Assembly: GCF_006345805.1 (NCBI RefSeq)
Contig: NC_042998.1
Location: 27,218,001 to 27,282,000, forward strand
Source of the DNA: Octopus sinensis
Lineage: Eukaryota
Length of the DNA: 64,000 bases
Direction: 5' to 3'
Both the position numbers and the translations under genes were made by a program. The notes beneath the pieces are model-generated. The model ran no database searches. It was not told the origin of the DNA and worked only from the letters and a program-made list of their open reading frames with translations. Below are positions 60,790 through 64,000 of this stretch, one piece after another. Position 1 is the first letter of the stretch, and each line of letters begins with the position of its first letter.

Positions 60790-63700
60790 GTAAGAATTTT
60801 AGTCAATAATTGATTTTATCTTTAAAAAAAAAAAACAAAAAAACTTTACATATGTTCATTTATTTTTTTTCCCCCACAAACTAATTTTTTGTTGTTGTTG
60901 TTTTATTTCATTTGCTTCTTCATATGAATATATTTTCTTATGAATCAGTAAAATGATGTTGGATGTAGTTTGTTTACACATAGCAGGATTGCTTTTTCTC
61001 TTTTTGTTTTTTGTTTATATTTTTTTTTAAAAAATCACCTGTTTTCATAAGTCAAGCCCAAACACTTGATTGATAATGTTTCCACTGCGACCTATTGCTG
61101 TGTGAAAAATTATTTTTCAAACACCAACTTAAAGAGATCGCGTTTTTCAAAACCTTTATTGATTCATTTCAATGCTTTCTGTTGATAAATCATGGCCTGT
61201 TGATTGACGTTTTATTTTATAGAAGAAAGCTTTTAGTCAGCTGTCGTTGTTATCTCACTTTTTGTTCTCAAGGTGAGCATCCAGTATTATATAAAAATTA
61301 GTTTTCCACAAGCTTACTGTTAGATCAAGTTTTATATCTACAGTTTTTCAGTCACTTAGTCCCAAATGGGTGTTGTACTTCGTGACTTTTTTTAAGTTAT
61401 CATATACATTATTATTCCTCAGCAGCATGAACAAACATTCTGCTTTATTGCGTAACAAGATTTCTTTTTGAAAAGAAGAAAAAAATTATCCCTGTTATTT
61501 TTGTTTGATAGCTGCTTTATCGTTGATTTTTTATTGATTATCTTATTCTACCAAGGAGATTTATTTTCATGTTTTATCAGAATTATTTATCGATAAAATA
61601 TAATTTTTTTTCTTTCGATTTTAAAAATGATTTAGAAATCATTCGCTTTAAATATTTCTTTAACAGAAATAATTAGATTTATTACAAATATATCAACGTA
61701 CTTCAGTAAAAAAAAATAATAATGAATTTTGTATAAACACTTTATTAAACTTTTCAAAATTTAATTTGGAACCATTTTACGGAACGTGGATTGAATAAGA
61801 AATCAATTGAAATATTTTGAAAAACGAAATCGTTCATTTTTATTCTTCATATTTCATTAAAAAAAATAAAATTGATATAGAGGAAAATAATTTTTCATTA
61901 ATACTAAAGTGAAACTGAAAATTGATACCCTGTAAAATACACAGAAACAATATTAGTAGCATGAATTTTTAAAAATAAGAATTTCATTTGAAATCCACCA
62001 AGTTCTAGGGTTAATAATACTATCGTGAAAAATCTTAATTCGTCCTCCCTCTCCCCTTAATTGGCACAGACCTGCCTCCCCTTTACACTGCTTTCGCCTG
62101 CTGCTGTTTAGTTTCCTATCAAAGTTGGTGTATGTAGGTAGAGCTGGAAGCCAACAACTTCACATAGCTTCTATTTCTAATATATTTATGTATATGGGTT
62201 TCTTTTCTCCTCCTCCTTTTTCTCTCTTTTTCCCCACCCTCTTTCTCTCTTCACTACTCTTTTCTTTCTATCTAAATATGTATTTAAAGCTGCCGTTTGT
62301 GTATTTAGTCAAGACGATTCTTTCTCTCCCCCCTTCACCTCTTCTTTCTTTCTCTCTCTCTCCTTTAACCACCCTCCCCTCTATCTCTAAACTGCTTAGG
62401 TTTTATAAGTCTGATAAATCGATTAGTGTAGCAATGTTTATTTCGCTTTTGGAGTTAAGGATTATCTCTAATTATTTTCTAAATAATAAAAACATGCTGT
62501 GTCTATAAAATTGTATATATATATACATACATACATACATACATATATATATCTATGTTAAGTTTTTGTCCTTCACATTAATATATATGTATATATTATA
62601 TCTTATGATTAGAAACAATAATTATCTCATATTTCCCTTTGTTTGATATAAATAAATCATAAATAAGTGTATCCTTGATAAATTTCATTCTCAATTTTAT
62701 TTCGTTGTATTACATCGTTAATATTTTTTTTAATGAAAAAGCACTTGTTTTTGCTTTAAAAATGTTTTTTTTTTCTCTCCTTGTAATATTTCTTATATAA
62801 AAATTGATTACAAAATCATAGTTTACGTTCAGTAAATTAAATCTAGTATTAAAATTGAATGAATTTGTCGTGTTTTTAAGACTTTTTAATCAAACGTGCT
62901 TAATGAAAGCAAAAATAGTCGGTTATAGTTTCGACAATTAATTAACGGTTTCGAATCCTGATAATGTTCCCGCCTAATGGGTCCACCTCCTGCAGGAGGT
63001 AGGGGGTTAATATGAAATAGTATCCCTTGATTGTGTAGCATGTTTTCCTGAAAGTAGTAACCTCCGAAAACGGTCGGCACTGCTTGTGAACCTAAACGGG
63101 ATACCCACCTTCTTTGCGCTATATTTAAATTTTCAAATATAACCAAGCAGTTATTGCTGTTATTTTGCAAGTCAAAAGAAAATAATAATAATAATAATGA
63201 TATAATAATGATTGCAGGCAACTTGCATCTTCTGTTGAACGTTTTCAAATGTATCTAATTTGTTGTAACCGAACACTTGTTGGACTTTCTCTACTGACTG
63301 ACAGCCTTGTTATGCATTTCTTGAATGGGGTGTTAACTTAGAGTCGATTAATGTCCCCTCTAACCTTCACCACTGATTCTCCAGCCTGCTTTTTTTCGAA
63401 CGATGGCAATTTTTATCTGGACACTCGAACTGCTTGCTTGACAAAACATTAAAAACTAGCTGTGCTGTTGTTGAAAGAAGGAAGAACTGAGAAATGCATG
63501 TTTCAACGGGTTCTCTTTCTGACAGCTTTCTGACTCCTCCTTCTTCTTCCTCATCAGTATATTTATTACAATTCCGTTGTTCATTTGACATGTTCTTATA
63601 AATATTTTTCTGTGGAAGAAAGGAACATGCTTAAATTAATTTTAAGCGCTTTTCCACATCATCTTATAATACAAATTGCGTAATCGCGTGTGTGTCAATA

Positions 63701-64000
63701 CTGTTTATATGTGAATGTACTGTTTACGTGTGAGGGTTGTTTACATGTGTGTATATGGGAATTGTTTATATAATAATATATACACACACACACACATATA
63801 TATATATAATACAGAGGGATTAATTTTGTATATTTACAAGAATCGCATATTATTTTTTTTCTTTTATGTACGTTGTATAATTGCGTGTGTGCGTCATCCA
63901 AATGTTTAAAACAATTTTTGCACAGTTTTGTAATTTGATTATAGGTGTTTGAATTAACTGTTTGTGTATGTTAAAAGAAAATATTGAAGCCTACTTAATT

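Noticed and set aside
62125-62508. 127-aa + strand ORF in the ARID5 intron
   Set aside because: Low-complexity F/L/S product of a CT-rich tract with no similarity to the expected next ARID5 exon (DEVIA...).

Overview
AT-rich, microsatellite- and transposon-dense eukaryotic genomic DNA. The repeat families are ones I associate with octopus (coleoid cephalopod) genomes; this is recognition, not a database hit. The only securely recognisable host gene is an ARID5B-like transcription regulator. Its first two coding exons lie on the + strand at 60136-60159 (MEEDPKLQ) and 60538-60789 (FVGSPCGKHGSYIFYKAF...LYFLPKDTP...), and the gene continues beyond the window. The last ~8 kb around it has no recognisable SINEs. 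Positions 1-55.6 kb are a mosaic of tRNA-headed SINEs (two abundant families plus rarer ones), 3' ends and fragments of RTE LINEs, a decayed Gypsy pol, a CRE-like RLE LINE fragment, an internally deleted mariner, a hAT derivative, four copies of a non-autonomous Helitron, TTAA-flanked (piggyBac-type) MITEs, palindromic Tc1-type MITEs and a tRNA-Phe copy with a broken T-loop. The most unusual observations: (1) about 200-bp Penelope/retrozyme-like units carrying minimal type I hammerhead-ribozyme motifs at three loci, one a tandem dimer; (2) a MITE-spacer-MITE composite present twice in inverted orientation; (3) a ~99% identical 410-bp inverted templated insertion that looks SINE-primed; (4) long foldbacks that would be dsRNA/ADAR substrates if transcribed. 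Almost all ORFs in the supplied track are microsatellite or repeat artefacts. SINE end coordinates without a stated TSD are approximate.
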